64,000 bases of DNA, taken from NCBI GenBank assembly GCA_951406725.2, contig OX597818.1:38502001-38566000 (forward strand), read 5' to 3'. The position numbers and the translations under genes are program-made. The stretch is from Octopus vulgaris (lineage: Eukaryota). The notes below the pieces were generated by a model that saw nothing but the letters and a program-made list of their open reading frames with translations, made no database searches and was not told the origin of the DNA. Of the stretch, positions 62,797 to 64,000 are shown one piece after another (position 1 is the first letter of the stretch; each line of letters starts with the position of its first letter).

Positions 62797-63328
62797 TACA
62801 TCCCTGTAACCTAGCACTTTGACAAAAAAGACCAATATAATAGGCACCGAACTCAAAAATAAGCACAGGGGTCCATTTACTCCACTAAACTCTTCAAGGC
62901 TGTGCTTAGTTTCACTGTAACTCAAAGACTGAAACAAATAAAACATGAAAAAATAAAATAAGGAACGAAAAAATACAAGGCCTTGTATCTTTTACTAAGA
63001 AACTGATATTTTGTTATATGTATTTTTTTTTTGAAGATTATAATCCTTGTGCATTAATTTACAATTAAACATTGTTCGTAAAGCTTCATAAAATATTGAT
63101 ATTATTTTTCTTAGCAGAATATTTATTGCAAAAAATACTTATTTTGCCATTATGTTTTTCAGAATTTTTAATAGAATTGTTTCATTTAGCATCTGGATTA
63201 ATTAAGCTTAATTATTTTGGTTCATCAGTACAATTTGATAATTATTTATATTAAATTAGTAATCTTATTGTTTTTAGATATTATTAAATATGAATTGACA
63301 TGTATTTTTGAATATATATATATATATA

Positions 63329-63424
63329 CTTTATTTAAAAGCAGCAGAAATATAACAAAAGCTGTTACTCAGAGTTTACTCTGAGTAACAGCTTTTGTTA
63401 TATTTCTGCTGCTTTTAAATAAAG
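63329..63424. repeat. perfect inverted repeat, 47-bp arms and 2-nt spacer
   Basis: CTTTATTTAAAAGCAGCAG...CAGAGT tt ACTCTG...CTGCTGCTTTTAAATAAAG. Confidence 0.95.
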
Positions 63425-63493
63425 CATATTACTCTACCTCTGGTATTTGAGTACTCTTTTTCCACCTTGTTTCACATTTATGTGCTTACTTCA

Positions 63494-63539
<46 letters not shown>

Positions 63540-63620
63540 ATACATAAGCACATTCATACAAATACAAACAAATACTTGTATGAATATATGTTATTATAGC
63601 CTTACACATATCGCGTACTA

Positions 63621-63656
<36 letters not shown>

Positions 63657-64000
63657 ATATATGCATTTTCTAAGAAATATATTTCTATTTCTATCTATTG
63701 TGATTATTTTCATAACCAGAATCATGATAATTATGCAAAGAAAATTTTTTTGCTTGTTCATTTCGTAATGAAAAAATTCCTCTTATACTTCTTTTACTTG
63801 TAGAATTGGAATCCAAATGTATTCCCTCTGAATTTCTTGGAAGTGCAATTTTAACATCTTTGCTAATTGCTTTTATATTTCTTCTGGTAATATTATTTGA
63901 TTCAGGAATAGTTTTTAATATGTAGACATTTGTAGTCTTTGGTTCAATTTTGTTAGTATGTTTTAAACCGAGGGAATTCAAAATTTTCGATTTATTTTCA

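Overview
AT-rich, intron-rich animal DNA. The repeat families and dense microsatellites point to an octopus (inferred, not proven). Two spliced housekeeping genes lie head-to-head, with only 323 bp between their ATGs. On the minus strand is the 5' half of eRF3/GSPT1 (6 exons from 11360 to the window edge, with two PAM2 motifs and the GTPase G1-G3 motifs). On the plus strand is a complete LUC7L3 (10 coding exons, 11684-37205, 489 aa), followed by a roughly 6 kb transposon-free 3' region full of strong splice sites. The rest is transposon-derived: an RTE-clade LINE with a PHD finger inside its RT region, about 18 copies of its 3' tail, tRNA-derived SINEs, Helitrons, mariner relics, MITEs and an ORF1-only retroposon. 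Best leads: (1) minimal type I hammerhead ribozymes with palindromic stem/loop III in several unrelated fold-back elements, one apparently intact at 32975-33015; (2) a candidate splice-site/NMD switch at the LUC7L3 stop codon; (3) an ORF1-only retroposon with a covarying hairpin array; (4) a candidate alternative eRF3 first exon lacking canonical PAM2 motifs. Nearly all short ORFs in the supplied track are spurious. All exon and structure calls were made by eye; no searches or folding were run.
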